From: Desulfosoma sp.
GTDB taxonomy: Bacteria > Desulfobacterota > Syntrophobacteria > Syntrophobacterales > DSM-9756
Assembly (NCBI GenBank): GCA_037481835.1
Contig: JBBFKW010000012.1
Location: 14,695-78,694, forward strand
Direction of reading: 5' to 3'
DNA: 64,000 bases
Shown here: piece after piece, positions 51,604 through 61,613 of the stretch
Position numbering within the stretch: position 1 is the stretch's first letter
Layout: the number at the start of each line of letters is the position of its first letter
The notes under the pieces: model-generated
The model's database searches: none
The model's input: the letters and a program-made list of their open reading frames with translations, nothing else
Told to the model about the DNA's origin: nothing
Made by a program: the position numbers and the translations under genes

Positions 51604-52614
51604 ATGAGAGAAGCATGGAAGAGATTTCGCTCCATCCTGATGGTGGCCCTCGCGCTGTGCTTGGCGGGCTCCGTCTCCGCCACGGCCGCCGAAGCGGCGA
51701 AAGACAAAGAAACTGAAAAGAAGCCGGCGGCCACGGTAAACGGCAAGGCCATCTCGCGAGCCCAGTTCGACCGCCAGATGAACGGGGTGCGCCAACGCCT
51801 GTTGCAGTCGGGGCATCTTTTGAGCGACGTGGAGCTGCGGGACGTGAAAACCCGCGTCCTGGAAAGCCTCATCGACCGGGAACTGCTCTACCAGGAAAGC
51901 CAGAAGCGCGGGTTCAAGGGGGATCCCCAGGCCGTGGACGGGCAAATCGCCCAATTCAAGCAGCGGTTTGAAACACCGGAAGCCTACCAGCAGGCCCTCA
52001 AGAGCATGAACCTCACGGAAAACAGCATCCGCGACGAACTGCTGAAAAACAGCGCCATCGACCAAATGGTCCAGGATCGGTTCGCCAAGGGGATCACGGT
52101 TTCCGACGAGGAAACCAAGGCCTTTTACAACGACCGGCATGATCTTTTCGAACGGCCGGAGCGGGTGCACGCCCGGCATATTTTGGTGAGCGTCAAGCCG
52201 GACGCGTCGCCGGAAGACAAGAAGGCCGCCCGCAAGAAGATCGACGATCTCAAGGCGCGTCTCAAGAAGGGCGAAGACTTCGCCGCCTTGGCCGGGGCCA
52301 ATTCCGATTGCCCCAGCAAGGAACGGGGCGGCGATTTGGGCTTTTTCGCCCGCGGGCAGATGGTCAAGCCCTTTGAAGACGCCGCCTTTTCCCTGGCCCC
52401 CGGTGCGGTGAGCGACGTGGTGGAAACCGATTTCGGCTACCACCTCATCCAGGTCATCGAAAAGAAGCCTCAGGAAACCGTACCCTACGAACAAGTGCAG
52501 CCGACCATCAGCGAGCACCTGCAAAAGCAGAAGACGCAGCAGAAGGTGGAGGAATTCTTGACCCAAGCCAAGAAAGACGCCAAAATCACGCGAACCGCCG
52601 TGGATGAGCTCTAG
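51604..52614 (+). CDS. Exported parvulin-type PPIase (PrsA/SurA-like)
   Basis: Signal peptide, [32 protein letters not shown]. Confidence 0.92.
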   Translation: MREAWKRFRSILMVALALCLAGSVSATAAEAAKDKETEKKPAATVNGKAISRAQFDRQMNGVRQRLLQSGHLLSDVELRDVKTRVLESLIDRELLYQESQKRGFKGDPQAVDGQIAQFKQRFETPEAYQQALKSMNLTENSIRDELLKNSAIDQMVQDRFAKGITVSDEETKAFYNDRHDLFERPERVHARHILVSVKPDASPEDKKAARKKIDDLKARLKKGEDFAALAGANSDCPSKERGGDLGFFARGQMVKPFEDAAFSLAPGAVSDVVETDFGYHLIQVIEKKPQETVPYEQVQPTISEHLQKQKTQQKVEEFLTQAKKDAKITRTAVDEL

Positions 52615-52640
52615 GCGACCGTCCGACAAATCCCGAAACG

Positions 52641-52708
52641 GTCACCTGCGCGAAAGCGGGAGTCCAAGCTTCCTGGAAATTTTGGATCCCCGCTCTCGCG
52701 GGGACGGC
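52641..52708. repeat. Degenerate inverted palindrome pair (second REP-like family)
   Basis: GTCACCTGCGCGAAAGCGGGAGTCCA ... TGGATCCCCGCTCTCGCGGGGAC. Confidence 0.55.
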
Positions 52709-52877
52709 GGGTGGGTGCCCAGCGGGGCACATTGACTGTGCCTGGAGAAGCTCGTAGGGCTTCGAGTTTCGGCCTTCGTTTCGAGGCCGCGACGCGAGAG
52801 CCCTTGCGCGGTTCTTGTCGCGTTCAAGACGTGAAAAGTCCGGACTTTCATGGTTCGGTGTCTCGAGGGGGCCTGAC

Positions 52878-53011
52878 GTAGGTTGGGGTGAGCGCAGCGA
52901 ACCCCAACGGACCTCGGGTGTAGGTGTAGGTTGGGGTGAGCGTAGCGAACCCCAACGGTCCTCGGGTGTAGGTTGGGATGAGGAGCGCAGCGAACCCCAA
53001 CGGTCCTCGGG
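52878..53011. repeat. Cluster of three GTAG-type REP-like palindromes
   Basis: GTAGGTTGGGGTGAGCGYAGCGAACCCCAAC x3 with CGGTCCTCGGGT-type linkers. Confidence 0.85.
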
Positions 53012-53239
53012 CCCCGGCGAGAAAACCAACCCTGGAAATCCGGCTTTCCGAGGGCCTGAACGCAACTTTCATTCAAACGGCCCTAAGCTCTTGTGGGACG
53101 AACGGCTGGGCGGCCTTTGGGATAAGACGCACAGCTTTCAACAAATCATTTCGCGGCTCGGGATGGGTGCGCCCGTGCCTTCGGGCGCGGGACCCGAAAG
53201 ACTCTGTGGCCCGGCATCATACCCATGGAGGGGCGACCC

Positions 53240-53434
53240 ATGAGCGACGAAATGGAATGCATGTGCCTGGAATGCGGCATCTCTTCTCACTTCCCCGCCA
53301 TTGACCTCAGTTTCGACGACTTTCCGGGTTTTGCGGGAAAGCGCTTCGTCACCAATCTTTCGTGCCCCCAATGCGGCGGCGCCCTGTTTGTCGTCGGGCG
53401 CGTGGGCGAAGAGCCCCTCTATCGCACGGGGTGA
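53240..53434 (+). CDS. Small zinc-ribbon-like hypothetical protein
   Basis: GGAGG RBS; CLECG and CPQCG pairs; terminator follows. Confidence 0.65.
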   Translation: MSDEMECMCLECGISSHFPAIDLSFDDFPGFAGKRFVTNLSCPQCGGALFVVGRVGEEPLYRTG

Positions 53435-53464
53435 GCGCCCGCAGCCCCCAAGCGATGGGAGACC

Positions 53465-53500
53465 AACAAAAAACCCCCGCGGTCGCGGGGGTTTTTTGTT
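53465..53500. terminator. Bidirectional intrinsic terminator
   Basis: AACAAAAAACCCCCGC-GGTC-GCGGGGGTTTTTTGTT perfect hairpin. Confidence 0.88.
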
Positions 53501-53519
53501 TACGAGCTTTGGGGAATCT

Positions 53520-53990
53520 TCAGCACGAGCAGCCGCATCCGCACGTGGTCGGGCACGGGGCGTCGGAGATTTCCACGAGTTCCACGTCGAAATTGAGGGC
53601 TTGGCCGGCGAGGAAGTGGTTCAGATCGAGGGTGATGGAATGATCCGTCACCGCGGTCACCGTGGCGTAAACGGTTTGGTTGTCGCTGGTGGTGAGCGAA
53701 AGCACTTGCCCCAAGGGAGGATCGAAGTCGGGAGGCAGCTCCGACCTTTCAAAAACCTTGGTCAACCTTTCGTCCCTTTCGCCGTAGGCTTCTTCGGCGG
53801 GGATGCGGAAGGATTTCTTCTCATGGACGGCCATCCCCATGACGGCGTTTTCGAATCCCGGGATCACGTGGCCGGAGCCGACCTGGAAGTGCAGCGGCTG
53901 GCTGCCTTCACTGGAATCGAAAACCTGACCGTCGTCCAAGCGCCCCGTGTAGTGCACCTTGACAAAATCGCCTTTTTCCACTCGTTTCAT
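53520..53990 (-). CDS. FKBP-type PPIase (SlyD-like) with Cys-rich tail
   Basis: VHYTGRL, FDSS, IPGFE, EEAYG, DLNHFLAG; C-terminus CPTTCGCGCSC. Confidence 0.9.
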   Translation of the reverse strand: MKRVEKGDFVKVHYTGRLDDGQVFDSSEGSQPLHFQVGSGHVIPGFENAVMGMAVHEKKSFRIPAEEAYGERDERLTKVFERSELPPDFDPPLGQVLSLTTSDNQTVYATVTAVTDHSITLDLNHFLAGQALNFDVELVEISDAPCPTTCGCGCSC

Positions 53991-54036
53991 TCGTCTCTCC
54001 TTGGGGTTGTCATTCAACTTTAAAACCTTTGCCTTC

Positions 54037-54065
54037 ACCCTAGTAAGCCCTCCGAGGGAAGTCAA
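54037..54065 (-). promoter_or_regulatory. Putative sigma70 promoter of the SlyD-like gene
   Basis: TTGACT-17 bp-TAGGGT on the minus strand. Confidence 0.4.
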
Positions 54066-54287
54066 GCGTCCAGAAGGTCAACGCGGCATTTTTCCCGGCC
54101 TGGGGCCTGGGCGGCAACGGTTCGCAGGTGTCGATCCCGACTTTCATCGAACGACTTCACAGACCGGAGTCGACCGGGGTAAGTATTGCCGACAGGCTTA
54201 CAAGGAATCCCCCCCCGGGGATTTTTTCGGGCATCTTCGGAAAGAGCCCGGAAGGGCTAAAAGACGACGCACGCAAAGGAGCGACCC

Positions 54288-54908
54288 ATGAGCGCCATCG
54301 CCTACACGGGTATCCATCACCTGGCTCTGGTCACTCGGGACATGGACCAAACGATCCGCTTCTGGCGGGACCTCCTGGGCCTCCCCCTCGTGGTGGCCAT
54401 GGGCCGGCCCGGGTATCGTCACTATTTTTTCGCCCTTTCGGAACACGACACCGTGGCGTTTTTCGAATGGAACGAAGCGGAACCCGTGCCCGAAAAGGAT
54501 CACGGCGTTCCGGTCAAGGGCCCCGTCGCTTTCGATCACGTCTCGTTCGGCGTCGCCCGCCGGGAGGCTCTCTGGGAGCTCAAGGCCCGGCTGGAAGCCG
54601 CCGGTTTTTGGGCTTCGGAAGTCATTGACCACGGGTTCATTCTCTCCCTGTATTCCTTCGATCCCAACGGCATCGCCATTGAGTTCAGTTACGCTGTCCC
54701 CGAAGTGGACGTGAGGCGCGAACCCCGCCTCGTGGACCCCAAACCGTCTGCGGTCACTCTGGAAGGTCCGGAACCGCAGTGGGACGTGTGGCCTTCCGGC
54801 GCGGCCGTCCCGGAAAAGGATCAACTCGTCTATCCGGGCGAAGGGGAAAAATTGCGGGCCCCCGAGAGCATCTGGAAGCGGGGGGCGTCCGTGACGAGCA
54901 CGGCTTGA
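54288..54908 (+). CDS. VOC/glyoxalase family protein
   Basis: GIHHLAL, FDHVSF, YSFDPNGIAIEF. Confidence 0.88.
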   Translation: MSAIAYTGIHHLALVTRDMDQTIRFWRDLLGLPLVVAMGRPGYRHYFFALSEHDTVAFFEWNEAEPVPEKDHGVPVKGPVAFDHVSFGVARREALWELKARLEAAGFWASEVIDHGFILSLYSFDPNGIAIEFSYAVPEVDVRREPRLVDPKPSAVTLEGPEPQWDVWPSGAAVPEKDQLVYPGEGEKLRAPESIWKRGASVTSTA

Positions 54909-55010
54909 AAACGTCTCGCCGATGCGTTAGGTATGCTCTTCAGTGGGATCTCGTGAAGCGTGGACCCCCCTGGGACGGACACGGCGGGGACGGTTGAAGG
55001 CGAAGAGGTG

Positions 55011-55988
55011 ATGGCGACGGCGCAGGCGGCACCAGGTTCCCCTCCAAAGCGCTTTCTCGTGCAACCCGTGATGATGCGGGTCGTCGTGGGATTGATTCCT
55101 TGTCTTTTCGGCGCGGTGCTCTTCTTCGGCCTGAGGGCCCTCGTGGTCACGGCCGTCGTTGTCGCCGCCGGGCTGCTCGCGGAAGCGGCCTTTACCCTGC
55201 GTCAAGGCAAACCCGTCACTTCGGCCGTCTTGGTCACGGGGCTCATTTACGCGTTGAGCCTTCCGCCCACGGTGCCGCTGTGGATCGCCGTCGTGGGTGT
55301 CGTCTTCGGGGTCGTCTTCGGCAAGATGGCTTTCGGCGGCTTCGGCTACAACATTTACAATCCCGCCATGGTCGGGCGCTGCTTTGTTTACATCAGCTTT
55401 CCCATCGCCTTGACCGCCGGGTGGATTTCCCCGTTCCAAAGCCTTTCTCAAGGCTTCGTGTCGTGGCTTCCTCCCGTGGATGCCGTCACTGCGGCAACGC
55501 CGCTTCGGCTGATCCACGCCGGTCAGGCCGTAGCCCTCAAGCCCCTCGTGTGGGGAAACATTTCCGGGTCCATGGGGGAAACCAGCGCCGTGCTCATCGC
55601 CCTCGGTGGTGCTTATATCCTTTACAAGAAGGCGGCCCAATGGCGTCTTGCCGCTTCCTGCCTTCTCGGCGCCTTCCTTACCGCTTCCGTTCTCTTTATG
55701 CTCAAGACTCCCGGCGTTCCGGATCCGCTGACGTTCATGATGGCCGGATCCCTCCTTTTCGGAGCCTTTTTCGTCGTCACAGAACCCATCAGCGGCCCGA
55801 AGACCAAACCCGCCCAATGGATCTACGGGCTCGCCATCGGGGCGCTGACCATCGTCTTGCGCCGCTGGTCCAATTTTCCTGAAGGCATCATGTTTTCCGT
55901 GCTCTTCATGAACACGTTCGTGCCGCTTTTGGACCGCGGCGTGCAGCAGTATCAAAAGAGGCTCGCGGCCAAAGGGGGCGCCTCATGA
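55011..55988 (+). CDS. RnfD/NqrB-family membrane flavoprotein
   Basis: FGGFGYNIYNPA, FMN site DAVTAATPL, GSMGETS, FPEG. Confidence 0.9.
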   Translation: MATAQAAPGSPPKRFLVQPVMMRVVVGLIPCLFGAVLFFGLRALVVTAVVVAAGLLAEAAFTLRQGKPVTSAVLVTGLIYALSLPPTVPLWIAVVGVVFGVVFGKMAFGGFGYNIYNPAMVGRCFVYISFPIALTAGWISPFQSLSQGFVSWLPPVDAVTAATPLRLIHAGQAVALKPLVWGNISGSMGETSAVLIALGGAYILYKKAAQWRLAASCLLGAFLTASVLFMLKTPGVPDPLTFMMAGSLLFGAFFVVTEPISGPKTKPAQWIYGLAIGALTIVLRRWSNFPEGIMFSVLFMNTFVPLLDRGVQQYQKRLAAKGGAS

Positions 55989-56626
55989 AAGGGCGTCTTT
56001 TTTCGGTGCTCTACATGTTTGTCTTGTCTTTGGTTTTCACGTCCGTGGTGAGCGCCCTCAACGTGCTCAACAAGGACCGCATTCGCCAAAACGAAGCCCT
56101 TCGGTTGCAGGGTTTGGTCCTGACCGTCTTGAACATCGGTCCTTCGGAAAAGGGATCGGCGGCGGAACTGGCTCAGCTTTTTTCCCGGCGGGTGCGGGAA
56201 GCCTCCCTCGGGGACCGCCCCTTGTACGTAGGGCTGGCCGAGGACGGAAAAACGGTCGTCGGCTATGCCTTCCCCGTCTCCGGCCCGGGTTTTTGGGGTC
56301 CCATCGAGGCCATGGTGGCCGTGGCCCCGGACATCCAAAAAGTTCTCGGGATCGCCTTCTATCGGCACAGCGAAACACCGGGCCTGGGCGGGCGCATCAC
56401 GGAAGCCTGGTTCCAGAACCAGTTCCAAGGACGGCCCCTGCAGGTGCCGCCCGCCGGGATGCGCTTCTTCTATCTCAAACCGCCGGGGACGGCTCACGGC
56501 CCTACGGAATTGGATGCCATCACCGGGGCGACGGAGACGAGCCGCCGCCTGGAAAAATTTTTGGACGAAGAACTCAAGAAAACCATTCCCCTCTTGTTGG
56601 ACCAGAAAGCGAGGAGCCGCGTTTAG
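55985..56626 (+). CDS. NqrC/RnfG-family FMN-binding subunit
   Basis: N-terminal TM, GFWGPI, ETPGLG, DAITGATETS. Confidence 0.9.
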   Translation: MKGRLFSVLYMFVLSLVFTSVVSALNVLNKDRIRQNEALRLQGLVLTVLNIGPSEKGSAAELAQLFSRRVREASLGDRPLYVGLAEDGKTVVGYAFPVSGPGFWGPIEAMVAVAPDIQKVLGIAFYRHSETPGLGGRITEAWFQNQFQGRPLQVPPAGMRFFYLKPPGTAHGPTELDAITGATETSRRLEKFLDEELKKTIPLLLDQKARSRV

Positions 56627-56628
56627 GT

Positions 56629-57243
56629 ATGGCTTCCCCCAAGGCACGAACCATCTTTCGAAAAGGCGTCTGGGACGAAAACCCGGTCTTTCGCCAGATT
56701 CTCGGCATCTGTTCCGCCCTGGCCGTCACGAACCTCATGACCAACACGTTGATCATGGGGTTGGGACTGATTTTCGTCACGGCCATGTCCGGCGCCACGG
56801 TGTCCGCACTGCGAAAGATCACGCCCGATCGGATCCGAATGATGGTCCAGGTGCTCATCATCGCCTCCTATGTCATGATGGTGGACATCTTCCTCCAGGC
56901 CTACCTGCCGGACATCAGCAAAGCCCTCGGGCCCTATGTGGGCCTGATCATCACCAACTGCATCATCATGGGACGGTGCGAAGGCTACGCGCGGGTCAAT
57001 CCCGTGTGGCCTGCCTTCCTGGACGGGATCGCTTCAGGGACAGGCTATGCCCTGGTGCTCCTGGCCATCGCCTTCATTCGGGAACTGCTCGGCTTCGGGT
57101 CGGTTTTCGGTATCCGCGTGCTCCCCGAAGGATGGGTGCCTTGGACCATCATGGTCATGGCCCCTGCGGGGTTTTTCATGCTGGCGGTGTTCATCTGGGT
57201 CGCCTACAGTGTGGAAAACCGAGCGACCCGGAAAAGAGGCTGA
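56629..57243 (+). CDS. NqrD/RnfE-family subunit
   Basis: ENPVFRQILGICSALAVT, VGLIITNCIIMGR, IRELLG. Confidence 0.9.
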   Translation: MASPKARTIFRKGVWDENPVFRQILGICSALAVTNLMTNTLIMGLGLIFVTAMSGATVSALRKITPDRIRMMVQVLIIASYVMMVDIFLQAYLPDISKALGPYVGLIITNCIIMGRCEGYARVNPVWPAFLDGIASGTGYALVLLAIAFIRELLGFGSVFGIRVLPEGWVPWTIMVMAPAGFFMLAVFIWVAYSVENRATRKRG

Positions 57244-57410
57244 GCGCCGCGGGAGCCTTCAGGCGCCCTTCCGGGCCCGTGCGACGACCGAATGAGCCTG
57301 AAACGCGCGGGGCTCTTCCGGCAAAGGCGCTTCGGCGGCAGGCCGCACGGAGGCCGAGGCCGCCTCACCAAAGGACGAATGGCGCGGCTCTTTCGCTTTG
57401 AGGACATGCC

Positions 57411-58004
57411 ATGGAAAGTTCGTTGAACGCCCCGGTCATCTTTTTTGCCTCGATTTTTACCAACAACATCCTTTTGGCCAACTTCCTGGGCATGTGCTCC
57501 TTTCTGGCGATCTCCCGGGAACTCTCGTCGGCCGTGGGGCTCGGAGTGGCCGTCACCTTCGTCATGACGTGCACCACCGCTTTGAACTACCTCGTCTACC
57601 ACTACCTCTTGGTTCCTTTCGACCTGGTCCATTTTCGCTTCATCGCCTTTATCATCGTCATCGCCGCCTTCGTGCAGCTTGTGGAAATGCTCATCGACCG
57701 CTACTCCCCCCGCTTGTACGTCGTCTTAGGCGTTTTCTTACCGCTCATCACCGTCAATTGCGCCATTCTCGGCGTGTGCCTCTTTATGGTCATCCGCAAG
57801 TACAACTTCATCCAATCGGTGGCTTATGGTTTCGGGGGCGGCCTGGGCTGGCTCCTGGCCATCGCGGCCTTGGCCGGGATCCGCGAAAAACTCAAGAAAG
57901 CCCCCATCCCCAAGGCTCTCGAAGGCCCCGGCATCAGTCTCATTGCGGCCGGGCTTATGGCTCTTTCCTTCATGGCCTTCAGCGGCATGATCCAAGTCGG
58001 GTGA
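57411..58004 (+). CDS. NqrE/RnfA-family subunit
   Basis: FLGMCSFL, FLPLITVNCAILG, AGIREK. Confidence 0.9.
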   Translation: MESSLNAPVIFFASIFTNNILLANFLGMCSFLAISRELSSAVGLGVAVTFVMTCTTALNYLVYHYLLVPFDLVHFRFIAFIIVIAAFVQLVEMLIDRYSPRLYVVLGVFLPLITVNCAILGVCLFMVIRKYNFIQSVAYGFGGGLGWLLAIAALAGIREKLKKAPIPKALEGPGISLIAAGLMALSFMAFSGMIQVG

Positions 58005-58014
58005 GGCGGCGTTC

Positions 58015-59118
58015 ATGGTGACCTTGGTGCTGGGACTTCTGTCCCTGAGCGGCTTGTGCGCTTTCCTTGCGCTGCTCTTGGAAGCGGCTCACGCCGTTTT
58101 CGCCGACTACGGGCCGTGCCGGATTTCCATCAACGACGGAGCCAAGGACCTGAACGTCAAGGGGGGAGGACGCCTGCTGGGAACGCTCATGGACCAAGGG
58201 ATTTTCATTCCATCGGCGTGCGGCGGTCGAGGAAGCTGCGGCTTATGCAAGGTGAGGGTTCTGGAAGGCGGAGGCCCGATCTTGCCTACGGAAACGCCGT
58301 ACATGAGCGTTGAGGAAATTGCCGACGGAACGCGGCTGTCCTGCCAGGTTCGGGTGCGCACGGACCTTGTCATTCAGATTCCCGAGGCGTTTTTCCTCAT
58401 CAAGGAGTTTCGAGCCCGGGTGGTCGGTTTGAAGCCTCTGACGCCCTTCATCAAGGAAGTGCACCTGAAGCTCGTGGATCCGCCTGAAATCGTTTTCAAG
58501 CCCGGACAGTTCATTCAGTTCCAGGTCCCCGAGTACGAAGGGTCGCCGGAGCCGGTCTATCGAGCCTATTCCATCGCTTCGCCGGCCCGGCTCAAAAATG
58601 AAATCAAGCTGGTCATCACTCGAGTGGAACGGGGCGTCGCCACCACCTATATCCACACCCTGCTGAAGGAAGGGGACGAGGTCCGCATCAACGGCCCGTA
58701 CGGTGACTTTTATCTGCGGCATTCGGAGCGCGAAATGATCATGATCGGTACGGGTTCGGGCCTGGCCCCGCTCATGTCGATCCTCCACCAAATGGCCGAC
58801 GAAAAGATCGATCGTCCCTGCACACTCTATTTCGGCGTCAAGAGCCGCCAGGATCTCTTTTACCAGGACGAAATCCACGAATTGGCAGGGAAACTCCCCC
58901 GCTTCCGCTACGTGCCCGTCCTGTCGCAGCCCCTTGCCGAAGACCGGTGGGACGGCGAAACGGGTTTTGTCACCGATGTGGTCGCTCGGGACGTCACGGA
59001 CGGATCCCGCCTGGAAGCTTACCTTTGCGGGAATCCATTGATGATCAACGCCGCCGTAAAACTTCTCATGGAACGCGGTGTGACCGAAGACCGCATCTTT
59101 TTCGACAAGTTCGGCTGA
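58015..59118 (+). CDS. nqrF: NqrF-like NADH-oxidising subunit (TM + 2Fe-2S + FAD/NAD)
   Basis: SACGGRGSCGLC..RLSC, RAYSIAS, GPYG, GTGSGLAP, YLCG, FFDKFG. Confidence 0.85.
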   Translation: MVTLVLGLLSLSGLCAFLALLLEAAHAVFADYGPCRISINDGAKDLNVKGGGRLLGTLMDQGIFIPSACGGRGSCGLCKVRVLEGGGPILPTETPYMSVEEIADGTRLSCQVRVRTDLVIQIPEAFFLIKEFRARVVGLKPLTPFIKEVHLKLVDPPEIVFKPGQFIQFQVPEYEGSPEPVYRAYSIASPARLKNEIKLVITRVERGVATTYIHTLLKEGDEVRINGPYGDFYLRHSEREMIMIGTGSGLAPLMSILHQMADEKIDRPCTLYFGVKSRQDLFYQDEIHELAGKLPRFRYVPVLSQPLAEDRWDGETGFVTDVVARDVTDGSRLEAYLCGNPLMINAAVKLLMERGVTEDRIFFDKFG

Positions 59119-59149
59119 TAGGGTGCGCAAACGGAGGAGTCCGCCCAAT

Positions 59150-59626
59150 ATGGGACGTTATCCCGTCTATCAGAGCCCCCAACTGGATGCGGTGGAAAGC
59201 CGCCTGCGCCGTTCCGGCGATCCGCACGGTTATCTGGCTGGCGATCCGAGGCCGCTCATTACGGTCCTCACGGAAGACGATCGGGCTGTGAAGGCCTTGG
59301 GACTGACCCATGAGGCCATTGCGGCTCGGCTGCGCGCCTTTACGGACGCCGCCAAGAGCGCCTTCGGGGGGCCCGTGGTGGTGGAAGGGCTTTGGAGGGT
59401 GCACCTCGAAGATTTTCGCGGACGTCTGCCCTGCCCGTGGGGACACCCGGGGCTCTATCCCAAAACCCACGTGCGCCTGGAACGGCTCGACACCGGGGAA
59501 ACCCTGCAGTGGACCGACCTTTCCCTCCACATGATCGAAGCCCACGGGTTTTACCAGGGGCTCGGAAGCCCGTACCGTCTGGACCCGGAAAGGGTCGCAG
59601 CCCTCTGCGCCATCGTTCCCCAATAG
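59150..59626 (+). CDS. Hypothetical protein with CPWGH and HMIEAHGFYQG motifs
   Basis: GGAGGAG RBS; immediately follows nqrF on the same strand. Confidence 0.7.
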   Translation: MGRYPVYQSPQLDAVESRLRRSGDPHGYLAGDPRPLITVLTEDDRAVKALGLTHEAIAARLRAFTDAAKSAFGGPVVVEGLWRVHLEDFRGRLPCPWGHPGLYPKTHVRLERLDTGETLQWTDLSLHMIEAHGFYQGLGSPYRLDPERVAALCAIVPQ

Positions 59627-59711
59627 GCGGTCGCGGTCCCGGAACTTTGCCCGCGCAACCCCGCGTTGCTCTCATTCGGTTTTCGACATGACTTCCCGCG
59701 GGTCCAGGGCA

Positions 59712-60770
59712 TCATTCCACGAGCCTTACGCCTTGGGCGGCAAGATGGCGCTCGTCGAGAGGGTACGCCTCCCGAAAGCCTTTTGAAACCCTTAGAGCCA
59801 GTTCTTCCCCCTCCCCTTCCGTCACAATGGCCGCGTGGACGCCGGGAAGGGATTCCGCGAGGGCCAGCCCCTCTTCCGGTCCGAGGACCAACATGCCTGT
59901 GGCCAGCCCGTCGGCATAGGCGGCGCTGGAAGCCACCACGGTGACGCTCGCCGTTCTTTGGGCGGTCACGCCGCTTCGAGGGTCGACGATGTGGCTGTAG
60001 CGCTTCCCGTCCACGAGGAAGTAGCGCTCATAGTCGCCTGAGGTGACCACGGCCTTGTCCGTTAACGGGAGTGCGGCGAGGAGCTCCTGCGGATTTCGGG
60101 GATGACGCAGCCCGACCCGCCAGGGTTGGTTCCCGGGCTTTTTGCCGTAGGCAAAAACATCTCCGCCCGCGTTGACCAAAGCCGCTTCAATCCCCCGCTC
60201 TTTCAGCACCGCCACGGCCCGGTCGATGGCATAGCCCTTGGCGATGCCGCCCAAATCCAGGGCCATCCCGGAAACGGCGAAGGAGACGGTGCGCTCTTGC
60301 GGCGACAAGTTCACAAGCCCATAGCCGACGCGGCGCAGGACCTCCCGAATTTCTTCAGCCGAAGGGACCCTTTTTTCCGGTGCGTAAAACGGCCACAGCT
60401 TCATCAAGGGCCCCACCGTGATATCGAAAGCGCCTCGGGTGGTCCGGGAAAGGGCGAGAGCCATTTTGATGACCTCAAAGAGTTCGGGCGAAACCCGAAC
60501 CGGCCGGGAAGAAGCTTCCCGGTTCAGCCGGCTGAGCTCGCTGTCATCCCGAAAGGCGCTCATCATGGCTTCCAGGCGCGCCATTTCTTCAAAGGCGGCC
60601 TGAAGGGCCAAAGAGCCGTGCCGGGGGTCGCCGGAAACCACGCTGATTTCCACCACGGTCCCCATGAGCGGCTTGGCGACCTTCTCCACGTCCGCTTTGG
60701 GCGCGCATGAAATGGCCCAAATCGGCACAAGGATCCCCACGAGCCCTTTAAAAAAAGGCGACATTTTCAT
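59712..60770 (-). CDS. apbE: FAD:protein FMN transferase, probable lipoprotein
   Basis: Lipobox-like AISC, MGT, GAFDITVGPL, DLGGIAKGY, NAGGD, TSGDYER, SHIVDPRSG, ADGLAT. Confidence 0.93.
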   Translation of the reverse strand: MKMSPFFKGLVGILVPIWAISCAPKADVEKVAKPLMGTVVEISVVSGDPRHGSLALQAAFEEMARLEAMMSAFRDDSELSRLNREASSRPVRVSPELFEVIKMALALSRTTRGAFDITVGPLMKLWPFYAPEKRVPSAEEIREVLRRVGYGLVNLSPQERTVSFAVSGMALDLGGIAKGYAIDRAVAVLKERGIEAALVNAGGDVFAYGKKPGNQPWRVGLRHPRNPQELLAALPLTDKAVVTSGDYERYFLVDGKRYSHIVDPRSGVTAQRTASVTVVASSAAYADGLATGMLVLGPEEGLALAESLPGVHAAIVTEGEGEELALRVSKGFREAYPLDERHLAAQGVRLVE

Positions 60771-60902
60771 TACGCACCTTCTATCCGATTTGCGGAACCT
60801 ACCATTGTCGTACTCCCCTTGAGGACGAAGAGAGTGTAATGTGCTTGGAAAAGCTCCGAGCAGGGACCAAACAAACGAAAACTCAAAGAAGGGATTGAGG
60901 TC

Positions 60903-61613
60903 ATGAACCGATTTTCGGCCATCGGGACCGAGCGCGGGGTGGATCTTTTCGACAGGGTGCTGGGGCTGCTGGAGGCCTGGGCGCCTGAGCGCCTCGCTTT
61001 GGATGAAAATCCCATCGCCTTCAGTTCGCTGGTGCACATGCGGACGGCTTCGGAACTTTTTTCGGAAGAATTTCTCGTCCACCAGAAACAACAAACCCTC
61101 CTGCGCGGGGGCGACGTGGGGACCATCGCCGCCCTGGTCTATGCTCTCCGGCACGGGTCCGTGCCCGTCCATTTCGCCGACGGCGCTCCCGGAGAGATCC
61201 TTTCCCCGTCGGGAGACCTCATCGGCGCCTACCCTTATGTGGGCGATGCGGCCTTCGCCGTGGAAACCGACATGATGCGGGCGCCCATCGAACTCATCAA
61301 ACAGCGCATCCCGCGCTATCCCGGCCGCGACTTCGACTACGAACTCATCCACGCCTACCAGGTGGAAGCCCCGGAGCCGCTCATGGACCGGGCCCTTCCC
61401 GTGCGCAATCGGTTTACGGCTGAGGTCATCAACGGGATCATGGAAACTTACGACGGAGAGCTCCTCGTCTTCGTCGGGCTGAGAAAGCGCTTCCGAAAGG
61501 AGCTCTTCGCCGCGACCGAGGGCGTCCTCCCCGAGGATGTGGAAAATTTCATCCCCCTGATGGACCTCATCCGATCGGACAACAAAACCTTCGTGGACCT
61601 CATGGAAGGCTGA
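60903..61613 (+). CDS. Hypothetical protein
   Basis: GAGG RBS, host-like codon usage, no family recognised. Confidence 0.65.
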   Translation: MNRFSAIGTERGVDLFDRVLGLLEAWAPERLALDENPIAFSSLVHMRTASELFSEEFLVHQKQQTLLRGGDVGTIAALVYALRHGSVPVHFADGAPGEILSPSGDLIGAYPYVGDAAFAVETDMMRAPIELIKQRIPRYPGRDFDYELIHAYQVEAPEPLMDRALPVRNRFTAEVINGIMETYDGELLVFVGLRKRFRKELFAATEGVLPEDVENFIPLMDLIRSDNKTFVDLMEG

